In this document: positions 27,310-37,238 of the stretch, in pieces
How the letters are laid out: each line of letters opens with the position of its first letter
How positions within the stretch are numbered: the first letter of the stretch is position 1
Source of the DNA: a virus
Taxonomy: Duplodnaviria; Caudoviricetes
Virus record (IMG/VR): IMGVR_UViG_3300034152_000987
Span: 1-53,276 of that record
DNA length: 53,276 nt
Direction: 5' to 3' (one strand)
Position numbers and translations under genes: made by a program
Notes under the pieces: generated by a model
What the model was told of the DNA's origin: nothing
The model's input: only the letters and a program-made list of their open reading frames with translations
Databases searched by the model: none

Positions 27310-27855
27310 TCATTTTCTTTTGTACATCCTTTTCAAACAGTCGATGGTGACTGTCTCATAGTTGTGCGTGGAGTCTTTCAATTTCAACTCCCTTGAATTT
27401 GGGCCGTTTCTTAAATAGGCCACGTGTATCCACCCATCCCTGTCAAAGAATTCCGCTATCAGCTCTCTGTATTCCAACTCATCGTGAATGAATTCCAAAA
27501 CGCTCATCAACTCAACGCCCGCTTTCATTGGTTCCACGTCGGCCGCGCAACCGAAGCGGTGCAAGGAGGTTTTAGATCCCCCCACGAGATCGTTCAAGTC
27601 GTCCGTTCTAAACCCCGACAACACTTTCATTGGACCGAATTCGTCCCTAACCGGTTGCAGCACGTTTCTGGCCAAGCTTTCCAAATTCTTCCAACCCTCT
27701 TCGTCTGGTAAATTGACCAAGCCGTTCCTTGTCGCGACAATTGACCTGACAAACTCCCTGTAGACGAAATTGGGAGCTCCAGGAATTTTGGAATTCAGCG
27801 AAAAATCATTTGAAGAAAACATGACTTTACAGCTGCGACGCCAACAAAGCCCCAT
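27310..27855 (-). CDS. Peptidase M15 family (candidate endolysin); true start probably near 27822
   Basis: LQPVRD...SGFR...LN..VGGSKTSLH..GCAAD...WIHV Zn-peptidase motifs. Confidence 0.8.
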   Translation of the reverse strand: MGLCWRRSCKVMFSSNDFSLNSKIPGAPNFVYREFVRSIVATRNGLVNLPDEEGWKNLESLARNVLQPVRDEFGPMKVLSGFRTDDLNDLVGGSKTSLHRFGCAADVEPMKAGVELMSVLEFIHDELEYRELIAEFFDRDGWIHVAYLRNGPNSRELKLKDSTHNYETVTIDCLKRMYKRK

Positions 27856-28849
27856 TGGCCACAGTCGTCATGGGGTTTTTGGCTCTCACAACTTCTCCCA
27901 ATCTAATTGGAAAATCCACGTCTTTCAAACAAGCTTTGAATTTGTCCACGAACCCTTCAGCCAAAGTCAGTCCGCCCGACACCACGACCGGCACAGGATT
28001 TTTGAAAGAAGGCAAATCATTGCCTATTTCTTTCAACTCAAAGCCAATGTTCTTAAGAGAGTATTTAATCACGCTTCCGTAATAAATTCCAACAGCTTCT
28101 TCTATCTTTGACTTGGGGTTGTTCAAATCAACCCCAGCTTCCTTTTCAAGTTGCACTATCGAAGGACTCACGTCCAAAGCGTATCCAACGCTCTGATCAA
28201 TGAAATCCCCTGCTTTTGTTATGCTCATCTCTATGAGCGGATCTCCTTGATGAGCCACGCACACGTTCACCATCCCAGCCCCAAAAGACATGGACAAGCC
28301 AGTTAAATTCTCATCCAGCAATTCAGACAAACATATGGCGAACGCCTCGTTTATCGGTTGAGATTGATGACCCAGTTCAGACAAATAAGCTCCCATCACC
28401 TCCTGATGGTACAAAACGTCAAACTTTCCGTCTATCGGCTTCGCTGGCACCGAATAAACCACTTTGCTTCCTTCAGCGGCTTCTTTCAACAAATCTTTTA
28501 TTATCAACTTCAACATTGGAAACGAACTTTTTTCCTTAGGAGACAACACCCCCCTGCTCAACGGTCTTTGCGCCACGCCGTTTCGTTCCACAGCTATTTC
28601 CAAAGCGTCTTGTCCCACCACGATGAAACTGCCGTCTGAATCGGTTATGAAGCTGCATCCTCGCTTTTCCAATCCCATTCTAATGGAACTTTTGTTGACC
28701 TGAGATTTGGGCACTATTTTGAAAAAAGCGTCTCTCTGCATTTTGAATTTGGGATTTCCTCCGTCACCGACAGTGGCAACCACCAACATGTTTGTGCCAA
28801 TGTCCAAACCCACTCCGCTGGAACTTTTTTTCTTAATTCCGTCATTCAT
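27827..28849 (-). CDS. Actin-fold ATPase (MreB/FtsA/ParM-like)
   Basis: Phosphate 1 GLDIGT, connect 1 INEAFA, phosphate 2 SFGAG, adenosine VSGG, connect 2 VANGAL. Confidence 0.8.
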   Translation of the reverse strand: MNDGIKKKSSSGVGLDIGTNMLVVATVGDGGNPKFKMQRDAFFKIVPKSQVNKSSIRMGLEKRGCSFITDSDGSFIVVGQDALEIAVERNGVAQRPLSRGVLSPKEKSSFPMLKLIIKDLLKEAAEGSKVVYSVPAKPIDGKFDVLYHQEVMGAYLSELGHQSQPINEAFAICLSELLDENLTGLSMSFGAGMVNVCVAHQGDPLIEMSITKAGDFIDQSVGYALDVSPSIVQLEKEAGVDLNNPKSKIEEAVGIYYGSVIKYSLKNIGFELKEIGNDLPSFKNPVPVVVSGGLTLAEGFVDKFKACLKDVDFPIRLGEVVRAKNPMTTVANGALLASQL

Positions 28850-29484
28850 GTTTGCTTGTCCTCCTTGCTTTTGCCCAACAGATTTTTCAATCTGCTAACT
28901 TTGTCCACTAAATTTTCTTGTTCTTCCACCACGTTGTCTTGATGGGTGAACAACTCTAAACCGTCTCCTGACCCCTTTTCCAAAGGATCTATGAACTCTC
29001 CTTCCACCTGAGGTCTGTCAGAACTCGCGTCGACCAAACTCTCATTCGATCCAATCCCGGATTGCTCCAACGTTTCCAACTTTCTTATCGCCTCTTCCAC
29101 CAAAGAAACTATTTTGTTCGCTTCCTTGTCAGTTTTAAAACTCTCAAGTTCTTTGTTTTTTGAATCCAACGCCTTTTCCAATTCCTTGACTTGGTTTTGC
29201 AGCTCTTTCACTTCACCGATTCTGCCGCTGGTTTTTCCAGTCTCATTCATCACTTCCTTAACCACTTTCCTTATTTCTTTGTCCACTTGTTCGGGCGTGT
29301 ACATTTCTTTCATCTGCCGTTCTTTTTTGTTCAATTTGTCCTTTGCTTTGGCAAGCTCTTCTTCCAAAACTTTTATGAACAACTTTATTTCGTGTTCCAC
29401 TTTTTGCTTTCTTTGAGAGTCTCTGGGCCCTCTAGTCATGACCCTTCTCCCGTCTTTGTGAATTTCTTTCTTGTATTCCATCAC
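28846..29484 (-). CDS. Coiled-coil hypothetical protein
   Basis: 212 aa, Glu/Lys-rich, overlaps both clpP and the actin-like gene (ATGA junctions). Confidence 0.6.
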   Translation of the reverse strand: MMEYKKEIHKDGRRVMTRGPRDSQRKQKVEHEIKLFIKVLEEELAKAKDKLNKKERQMKEMYTPEQVDKEIRKVVKEVMNETGKTSGRIGEVKELQNQVKELEKALDSKNKELESFKTDKEANKIVSLVEEAIRKLETLEQSGIGSNESLVDASSDRPQVEGEFIDPLEKGSGDGLELFTHQDNVVEEQENLVDKVSRLKNLLGKSKEDKQT

Positions 29485-30071
29485 TTCCTCACGATTTGAA
29501 CTTCATCCACAACCCCGTATTTTATGGCTTCTTCAGGAGTCATCCAAAAATCCCTCTCGAGATCCTTCAAAACTCTTTTAACCGGTTTGCCAGTCATTTC
29601 AGAGTATTGTCTAGCCATCTTATTTTTGTGATACTCCATCCGTTTGAAATCTATGGCCACGTCCGTGGCTTTGCCGTACATGCCGCCAGACAGCTCATGC
29701 AACATGATTTCAGTGTTTTCAAGCGCGTATCTTTTGCCTTTCGTTCCAGCCGCCAAAATGAAACTGCCTGCCGACGCCACTTGACCGAACCCTATCGTGA
29801 CCACGTCAGGTCTTATGTATTTTATCGTGTCGTATATGGCGTACATGGCCGTTATTTCCCCGCCTGGACTGTTGATGTAAACGTATATGTCCTTGTCCCT
29901 TCCGTCAGCTTCCAAAAACAACAGCTGGGCCACCACAGAGTTGGCCAACTCGCTGGTGAACCTGCCAGAAATGAAAACTATCCTGTCCTTCAAAAGCCTG
30001 CTGTACAAATCGTAAACCCTTTCCTGATTCTTTTCGTCCTTCTCAATAACGTACGGCACTGACATGATCAA
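29481..30071 (-). CDS. clpP: ATP-dependent Clp protease proteolytic subunit
   Basis: YDLYSRLLKDRIVF, YINSPGG, QVASAGS (catalytic Ser), IMLHE, ERDFWM. Confidence 0.93.
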   Translation of the reverse strand: MIMSVPYVIEKDEKNQERVYDLYSRLLKDRIVFISGRFTSELANSVVAQLLFLEADGRDKDIYVYINSPGGEITAMYAIYDTIKYIRPDVVTIGFGQVASAGSFILAAGTKGKRYALENTEIMLHELSGGMYGKATDVAIDFKRMEYHKNKMARQYSEMTGKPVKRVLKDLERDFWMTPEEAIKYGVVDEVQIVRK

Positions 30072-30650
30072 TCTCCTTTTCCTTGCGTTTAAAATTCTTC
30101 CTTAGGGTCAATCAATGAAGACAAAAAACAAAGCTCGCCCTCGCTCAAAAAACGAGGGTGCCAAACTTCTTCAATTTCCCCACAAGGCAGGTTGTAAATC
30201 ACGGTTGTAAAATCCCCTTTCCAAACCGTTGAAGCGTGAATCAGCCCGTCACGGTTCGAATTCAATTTCAAATTTGCCTTCGCCAAAACCTCGTCCGCGT
30301 AGTCGTTGCGTTCCATTAAACTTTTCCTATCTTTTCCACAAGCAACGCGTTTATGAAATCCAAGTCGTCCTGATCAAATTCAACGTTCTTCGGAAACAAG
30401 TCGATCGCTTTTCCTAAAGCGCGATCGTACATTCCAGTGATTTTAACGCCTTTCCAAAGAGTTTCAAAGTGAACGACTTGACCTATTGGGTAAATTCTCA
30501 AGGCTTCCGTTGCGGTTAATTTTTCTTTTCCAGAACTGGACATTTTGTTTTTCCTTTTACAAAGATTTTGTCATTTCTTTTGTGAAAGTCAGATTAGGAT
30601 TTTTTCCTAGTGACTATTTAAAACTTATTATTAGTAACTTATTATTTAAG

Positions 30651-30694
30651 GGTACAATTTTTGTACCTATCATAGGTACAATTTTTGTACCTAT
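30651..30694. repeat. Two palindromic 17-bp direct repeats (GGTACAA-TTT-TTGTACC), iteron-like
   Basis: Copies at 30651-30667 and 30675-30691 (24-bp period), next to an AT-rich tract (30600-30650) at the 3' end of an HTH gene. Confidence 0.75.
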
Positions 30695-31203
30695 GGTTGC
30701 CACAATTTCCTCACCAGCGGTTGGTGAAGATTGTCGTAAAAACTGTTTTCCAAATCATCCGCGACTGAATTTTTAATCGATGATTTTTCTTGTTTGTTTT
30801 GAAATTTGTTGTCCAAAAAATAACTCTCCCTGTAATCAGGCCTTGGAGCTCCGTTGTGGGTGCCAAGCACGTAAACGTTTTGTTTTTTCTTGTTTCCCAA
30901 ATTCACGCATTTGATTATGACGGCACCGTCTTCTTCAAGCTCCTTTACCCATTTTATCACCGTGCTTTTGCTGCAATCCAATTTTTTGGCCAACCAACTG
31001 TATGATTTGGAACAGGCCAAATATCCGTTTTTCCAATATTTGCGTTGTATGTTCAAGAAATCCCAATCGTGTTTCTTCCTTATCACGCAACTTTTTATCA
31101 AAAAGTACAAAGTCAGTTTGCTTTTGTAGGTTTTTAAAAATTGGTCGTCGTTTATGGCTTCGAAAGAAAGGTATTGATTGTAATTTCTCATTAATTCAGG
31201 CAA
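30691..31203 (-). CDS. Winged-HTH protein, replication-initiator-like
   Basis: SYSWLAKKLDCSKSTVIKWVKELEEDGAV...NVY wHTH; ends in iteron-like repeats. Confidence 0.6.
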   Translation of the reverse strand: MPELMRNYNQYLSFEAINDDQFLKTYKSKLTLYFLIKSCVIRKKHDWDFLNIQRKYWKNGYLACSKSYSWLAKKLDCSKSTVIKWVKELEEDGAVIIKCVNLGNKKKQNVYVLGTHNGAPRPDYRESYFLDNKFQNKQEKSSIKNSVADDLENSFYDNLHQPLVRKLWQP

Positions 31204-31508
31204 TTCCTCATAAATTCATTTAAACGCTTTTCCGCTGAAAAAGTCCTTGAACAATAAATTTTCATTGCTTTCCGCTTCATTTTTGTGTTTGGTGCACTCA
31301 ATCACCAGGTGATCTCCCACGTCTATGTCCAATAAAACGCATGAATGAGTGACGAACACTTTTTGATCTCCCAACTCCTGATTGTCCAGCAAATTTCCTT
31401 CTTCGTCTTCCGTAGGCATTATCAATCTAGACACTCTGAAAACGCAGTCCTTGCATTTCGTTTCATCAGACATCAAAAGAGCGTCTATGACGTTTTTGTC
31501 AGACATTT

Positions 31509-31748
31509 TCACACCTCACGCATTCTTTGCTCGTAAGATCTTTTTTTTGTTTCCTCCGTTTTGCCTCCAATTATTTTTCCTTCCGCTTTGAGCCTTTTGA
31601 TTTCAGAATTGATGGAATCCCTGGTTCTTCCTGGCAACAGCTTCTCCAGTTCTTTTATGGTCAGGGTTCGATAATTTTCCACCAACGTCAGTTTTTCTTT
31701 GTGCCTCCAGCCTCTGCGCTTCATTTTAAAAGTTTTCGTTTCCTCCAT
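31509..31748 (-). CDS. Small Myb/HTH-like DNA-binding protein
   Basis: W..KEKLTLVENY..LTIKELEKLLPGRTRDSINSEIKRL pattern. Confidence 0.5.
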   Translation of the reverse strand: MEETKTFKMKRRGWRHKEKLTLVENYRTLTIKELEKLLPGRTRDSINSEIKRLKAEGKIIGGKTEETKKRSYEQRMREV

Positions 31749-31954
31749 TTACCATGATTTCAACGCTTTCAAGAATGTTAAGCATCTCTTCAATCACTTT
31801 TTTTTCTTCGCTTCCATCTGGAAAAGAAGTTTCTTTTAGATTTTTTTTGAACTCCTCTAGATTTTCTTCGCACCACTTTTCCACTTTTTTTATTGTTTTT
31901 AAAGTCGCTTTCATTCAACCTCCGTTTAAAACCATCATGGTCTTCTATATATAT

Positions 31955-31969
31955 AGAGGTTAGTTTATT
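31955..31969 (-). promoter_or_regulatory. Candidate phage late-promoter motif AATAAACTAACCTCT (copy 2)
   Basis: Identical to 15163-15177. Confidence 0.4.
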
Positions 31970-32425
31970 GTGAACGCAGATTTTGTAACATTTGTCGGCC
32001 ACAATGGTTATTGGCCGGCCCAACAGTTTTTCATACGCTTTGCACACCAGCAACGCTTTGTTTTTTTTGAAACCATTCTGAGTCAATTTGCAATAAATTC
32101 TAAGAGAATTGGTTTTGTGTTGCACCTCCAAAAACAAATTTTTTTGCAGCATTTTTCTTCCACCCGCTCGTTTGCGTATTTAAACTCGATGGGAGAGGTT
32201 TTAGATTCATGTTTCTCCTCCATCAGAAGCGTTTATAAAATCCAATCTGTCAGTTTCTTTCAAAAAATTTTTTCTCAACTCTTCTATTTCATCGAAACAT
32301 TTGAAACAAATCGATTTTTTTGAGTTTATTTTTTCTTTCTTAAGTTTTTTGGATTTTATTTCTTTTTCACACCGATCGCAGTACAATTTGTTTTCCAACC
32401 AACTCATTTTCAACTCCTTTTCCTT

Positions 32426-32962
32426 TCATAGCTTTTTCATTGTGAATGGCGGTCGCACTCCGCAAGAAAATTCGTGCGCGGTTTCCAAAGCCTTCAGCAC
32501 CCTTTCTTCTGGAGTGAAATCGTATTCCGCCATTGCGTACAACGATCCTAAAGCGTAATTTTCCCCAGAACCGCAAGCGTCATAATTGGCCAGTTTTATT
32601 CCAACTTGCAAATCATTTTCGACTCTGTACAATTTTCCTTTGTAACCCACTAAAAATTCATCCGTTCTTATCTCATTGTTTTCTATTGTGGCGCATTTCT
32701 TTTCTTCTAAAATTTTTGAAACCGAGTCGATGAAACTCGTGCACATGTATTCATAGTCGTTTTTGTTTGATTGCGTTGGAATTTTTAAACTAAATCTCAA
32801 CAATTGTCCCGTTCTGTAGGATCCAGTGTAGCCGATCAACATGTTTTTGTTTAAGAACAGTTTCTCGTCCGATCTGATTCTAACGTCACAATCAGCCACT
32901 CCTGCTGAATCAGCGCCCATGTAAATCTTTCCGTCCTCCATCCATCCCACAATACAAGTCAC
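32426..32962 (-). CDS. HslV/proteasome beta-like Ntn protease
   Basis: N-terminal (M)TCIVG...MGADS, EKLF, GYTGS, ACGSG..YALGSL. Confidence 0.75.
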   Translation of the reverse strand: MTCIVGWMEDGKIYMGADSAGVADCDVRIRSDEKLFLNKNMLIGYTGSYRTGQLLRFSLKIPTQSNKNDYEYMCTSFIDSVSKILEEKKCATIENNEIRTDEFLVGYKGKLYRVENDLQVGIKLANYDACGSGENYALGSLYAMAEYDFTPEERVLKALETAHEFSCGVRPPFTMKKL

Positions 32963-33053
32963 GATTTTGGCTCCTCCACGCTCTTTGTTAAACCCACACC
33001 CAATAAAACGAGTGATTTAACGATGATCATTGGAATTTCTTTCACTCTTTCAT

Positions 33054-33081
33054 ATTGTAAACATTAATTTTTATTTGTCAA
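33054..33081 (-). promoter_or_regulatory. Sigma70-type promoter TTGACA-N16-TACAAT
   Basis: Near-consensus; shares CTTGACAAATAAAA..TAATG.TTA.AAT with the promoter at 39633-39660. Confidence 0.7.
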
Positions 33082-33337
33082 GTTAAATTTTTACGTTTTC
33101 GCGCGACTCACGCGCTCCCAAGTTGGTTTATTTCCCTCCTCAATGCTTGCTTTAAGTCGTTTGTACACCAATTCGCTTGAAACAAAACCAATGATCAATT
33201 TAAAGGCCAACATTAAAAGAGCCACTAACAGCAATTCTTTGCCAAGAAAATATCCTGACAAAAACAGCACTATGTCAGAAAATCTTGACACGAATTGCAA
33301 CCATTTTTGATAGTGTCTGCTCGGCTTCATTTTGCGT

Positions 33338-33982
33338 CTAAATGAAAAAGTTCACAACGAACTCCACAGCTTCGTCAACGGTTTCCACTTTTGCCGAACA
33401 ACACTCGTTTATCCAAGGGTGTCTTGTGTATACGTTGTCTTCTCCGCCAGTTATGGCTATTACAGGAACGTAAAAAACGTCTCTGGCCCAAGCCAATTCT
33501 TGAATTGTTCCAACCATTGGTTTTTCTTTGCTGCTGTACCCAAGATGAACCACCACCAAATCGGAGTGTTTAATAAGTTGATAATCCCTTGCTCTAAAGA
33601 TGTTTTGAGCTCTGTTCGCCAGCATTTTTGTGAGTTCCAGGCCGTCGCTCGCGTTTAATTCCTGATCATTGAACCTGTCGGCGCATGGATTGATGACGTG
33701 AATGTCGTGGTTGACCAACCCGCTTAATTTGTCTATGGGTCGTGGGTTCCAGGGCAACACAGTCGGACTCAAAGAGTCACACAGTTTTTCGGTAAATTCT
33801 TCTCTCCATTCACGCGTCCTGGGATCTTCGCTAATGTTTCCGGCCAAGTACACGTGTCTCTTTTTGTCTATCAACAAATTAAAAGCGTATCCTTTAAGCA
33901 ACTCCCTTTCTTTGCTTGACATGTTGATTTCCATTTTTCTCCCCTTTACCATTCCTGGTTTTTTAAACTTCTTTTTCCACAA
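33338..33982 (-). CDS. Nucleoside 2-deoxyribosyltransferase-like protein
   Basis: VYLAG, WRE, INP, RD...I..SDLVVV, GTIQELAWA motifs. Confidence 0.7.
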   Translation of the reverse strand: MWKKKFKKPGMVKGRKMEINMSSKERELLKGYAFNLLIDKKRHVYLAGNISEDPRTREWREEFTEKLCDSLSPTVLPWNPRPIDKLSGLVNHDIHVINPCADRFNDQELNASDGLELTKMLANRAQNIFRARDYQLIKHSDLVVVHLGYSSKEKPMVGTIQELAWARDVFYVPVIAITGGEDNVYTRHPWINECCSAKVETVDEAVEFVVNFFI

Positions 33983-35654
33983 AACTTACTTGGATATGGA
34001 TAATCTCTGTGATTAAACGTGTCTGGCCAACTCATTTTATTTTTCCTTTCCTTTAAAGTTTTTTAAAAATTAATTCTTTATTCTTTTGCCATTGAGGCTT
34101 CCACGACCAGTTAAATTTTTTGTACAGCAATCTGCTGTGTTTTGTTTCTTGAGTTATTTCAAAGTAATCTCCTGCAGGATCTTCATACTGATAAAACGGT
34201 TTTTGTGGGTCCATGTGTGAATCAACCATTCTTTGAAACATCAATTCCGCCGGAGGCATTTTGTTTGAAACAAGTTCACTTCTTTTAATTTTAAGTATAA
34301 TCATTGTCTACGATTTTTAAATTTTTTTGGGTGGTTTTTCCAATCCTTTAAAGTTTTTTAAAAATCAATTCTTTTTGGCTTCCTTGAAGGTTTGAGAATT
34401 TTTTTACGCTTTTCGTCGCCCGCGACCATGATGAAGAAGTTTGTCACAAAACAAACCGTTTAAAATAGCCTACCGTCAATTTAGAACAAACCGCCCATCC
34501 ATTCCACCGCGCTTGAAACAAACGGAGAGGAATCGATCGCGTCCAACGCCATTGCGAAAGTCACCAAGGACCAAATCACTGTCACCGTTGACAAGGCAAT
34601 GAAAGAGAAAACTTTTTGCAACGGGTTGTTCTCTTTGCGTTTTTTCAACAAATCCATTCCAAGCAACGCTATCAACAAGTAACCGATTGGCAATGAAATC
34701 AATGAACAGATGAATTTAAAAGTCATCTCACTCAACCTTCCTCTTGTTTTTTTTCTCAATCAAATCAAAAAACTTCAAAACGTCCTTTCCCAAATGATTT
34801 TTTGGGGCGGGGATGAAAAATTCCGTCTTTGTCGTTTTTGTCGAACCATTTCTTTTCAATGGCTTTCGTCACCTTTTTTTCCAACTCTTTGAGTTCTTTG
34901 TTTCTGACTTCTTCAATCAACCTGCCGAACAATTTTTTCCAAGTCCGGTTGTCCAAGTTGAACGAAACCGTCAAAGTGAAATTGCTTTTTTCCCAGGTCA
35001 CCAACAACAAAGACTTGTCGGAAACGTCTTCCAAATATCTGTCGAACAGTTCTTCCAGTATGAGTGAATTTATCGCGTCGATTATTTTGTCTCTGCTTTT
35101 TTCGTCGTCGAATCTGTCTGAGCGAAACTTGCTCTCAAAATCACGCAAATACACGCACACGAAATCAATTTCTTCAACGTTGGTTTTGTCTTTTAAAACA
35201 ACCAATCTGCTTAAAACGTTTGTCATCTCAATCACTCTCTCCGTTTTTCGCCTCGTTGATCGTTTTCACCCAATCAACGTTGGACAGTTCTTTTGTTATC
35301 TCACTGTTTATTCTTTTCAATTCTCTTCTTCTCGCTTCCGCTATTAATTTTCCCAAATGTTTGTCGTAAAACGATTTTTCAAAACTTACAATCAACAGGG
35401 CGGCGTATTTAAACCCTGAGCCGTTGAATGAGTTCAACACTATGCAGCCGACGTGAGGTTTCGGATCTTCCAAAATAATTCTTTTTATCGCTTTTGTTGA
35501 CAGTCGAAACGATTTCAACAACAAAGCGCGGGTTTCACGCTCGTGCATTTGTCTCTCCCCAAATTTTTCTCTGTAAACGTTTGGGTTAACTAAGTATTTA
35601 TCTAATATAGGTATCAGTATTTTCTTTTCTTCCATGTTTGACAACCCGTTCAAT

Positions 35655-36182
35655 TTAGAAAAATTGTTTGATTTCTTTCTCTGCCGAGCTTTCGCTGTCT
35701 GACGCGTGAACCGCGTTTTTTGGAAGTTCGGTTCCAAAATCGCCTCTTATCGTGCCTGGTTTTGCCTTTGTGGGATCCGCGTCCCCAATCAACTGTCTCA
35801 CTGCGTTTATGACGTTGTCTCCTTCCAAAACCATCGCCACTATGGGTCCTGATGTCATGAATTCAACGTTCCTGTCAAAAAAATCTTTTCCGGCGTGTTC
35901 ATGATAAAAGTTCGTCGCTGCCGTTTTGGGCATTTCAAACATTCTCATCCCAACAATTTCCAAACCGTTGTTTTCAAATCTGGCCGTCACTCTTCCTATT
36001 GCGTTGTTTTTCACGCAATCCGGTTTTAACAACACCAACGTTCTTTCTGGTTCGCGGTTCAAGCTTGGTTTGACGTACGTCGGTCTCCAATTGGAAATTA
36101 GGTAATATAAAATCGTCAACAAGAAACCAAGAATTCCTATCTTAGCTGCGTTCCACAAATTATCAACAATGAATTCCAACAT
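35655..36182 (-). CDS. ndk: Nucleoside diphosphate kinase with N-terminal hydrophobic extension
   Basis: ERTLVLLKPD, FYHEH.GKDFF, PGTIRGDFG, NAVHASDS (catalytic His). Confidence 0.93.
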   Translation of the reverse strand: MLEFIVDNLWNAAKIGILGFLLTILYYLISNWRPTYVKPSLNREPERTLVLLKPDCVKNNAIGRVTARFENNGLEIVGMRMFEMPKTAATNFYHEHAGKDFFDRNVEFMTSGPIVAMVLEGDNVINAVRQLIGDADPTKAKPGTIRGDFGTELPKNAVHASDSESSAEKEIKQFF

Positions 36183-37238
36183 TTTTACCTCTCTTCCTCA
36201 ATTAACGTTCCTCTTCGGGATCATAGCCGTTTTTGAACGCGATCAATGACGCTTAAGACGATCAAACAAAGGAAGGTCGACGTTCCAGCCATTGCAAATT
36301 CCATCCACTTGGGCCACGGCGTTTCCATTTTGTTCACCTCCTATACAAAATATTGTTTCAATTAAGAAAAAATTACTGTAATTAAAGTTACTGTGGACAA
36401 CGTCAACGCAGCCATTTCCATGATTCCATCCCCCTTCAGGATCATTTTAAAAAGCGGCGCCTTGAGTTGCGCAATTTTACGTCAAACCCTGGAGGAACAA
36501 TCCCTGAACAGGTGGCTATCCACTCTTCAGCCGCCTCCATCCACCCTTTGCTCGGTTTCCATTTTGGCAATTCAGAAGTTTTGAATTCAACCTTTTCTTC
36601 AAACAAAATCTTTTTGTCAATCATTTTTTTCGTCCTTTCCTTTTGAACGCGCCCGTCACCTGCCTGAACATGGCGATTAGAGTCAAAGCGACGGCTGACG
36701 ACAGAATGATTATCATGGATTCCCTTTCCGTTATGATCTTCAATTCGTAAGTTCCAAAAACGGACAGAAACGCCACAATCATTAGAACGATGAAGTTCAT
36801 CTTTAAATTCTCCTTTCATTGACGTTGCGGAAAAAATCGACTCTTTGCGATTCAAGTTCTGCGCCGCTGGCCGATTTTTGAACCTTCCTGATTCAAAGCG
36901 TCAGTTCCAATTGAAACGTTGAACGTTTGAAATCCGTGTTTTTCCAAACGTTTGTCTAAATATTCATCAAATTTTTTCAACTTGTTCAGCGCCCATTTTT
37001 CAAGCGGCGTGATTTTTTTTTCTCATTGAAGTCATCCTTTCATCCGTTGGTGTAAAATTGAATCAAGCTCCAACGCAATTGATTTTCCCACCTTGAACTC
37101 CCAGTCATTTTAAGAGTCGCTGACTTTTCGTTAGCCAATTTTCTTTCTTTGTAAAAAATTGAAAAAAACCAATGGGTGAAACATTCTTTCTTGTTCACTC
37201 TTCTTGGCATGGTTTAAATTGTCTTGAACACCTCCTTT

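Noticed and set aside
29481-30071. ClpP as the prohead protease
   Set aside because: It lies outside the head operon, which already has a protease-like gene next to the portal.
30660-30693. TAG read-through or alternative genetic code
   Set aside because: Reading through this TAG meets TGA seven codons later, and long genes elsewhere are intact in code 11 with all three stops in use.
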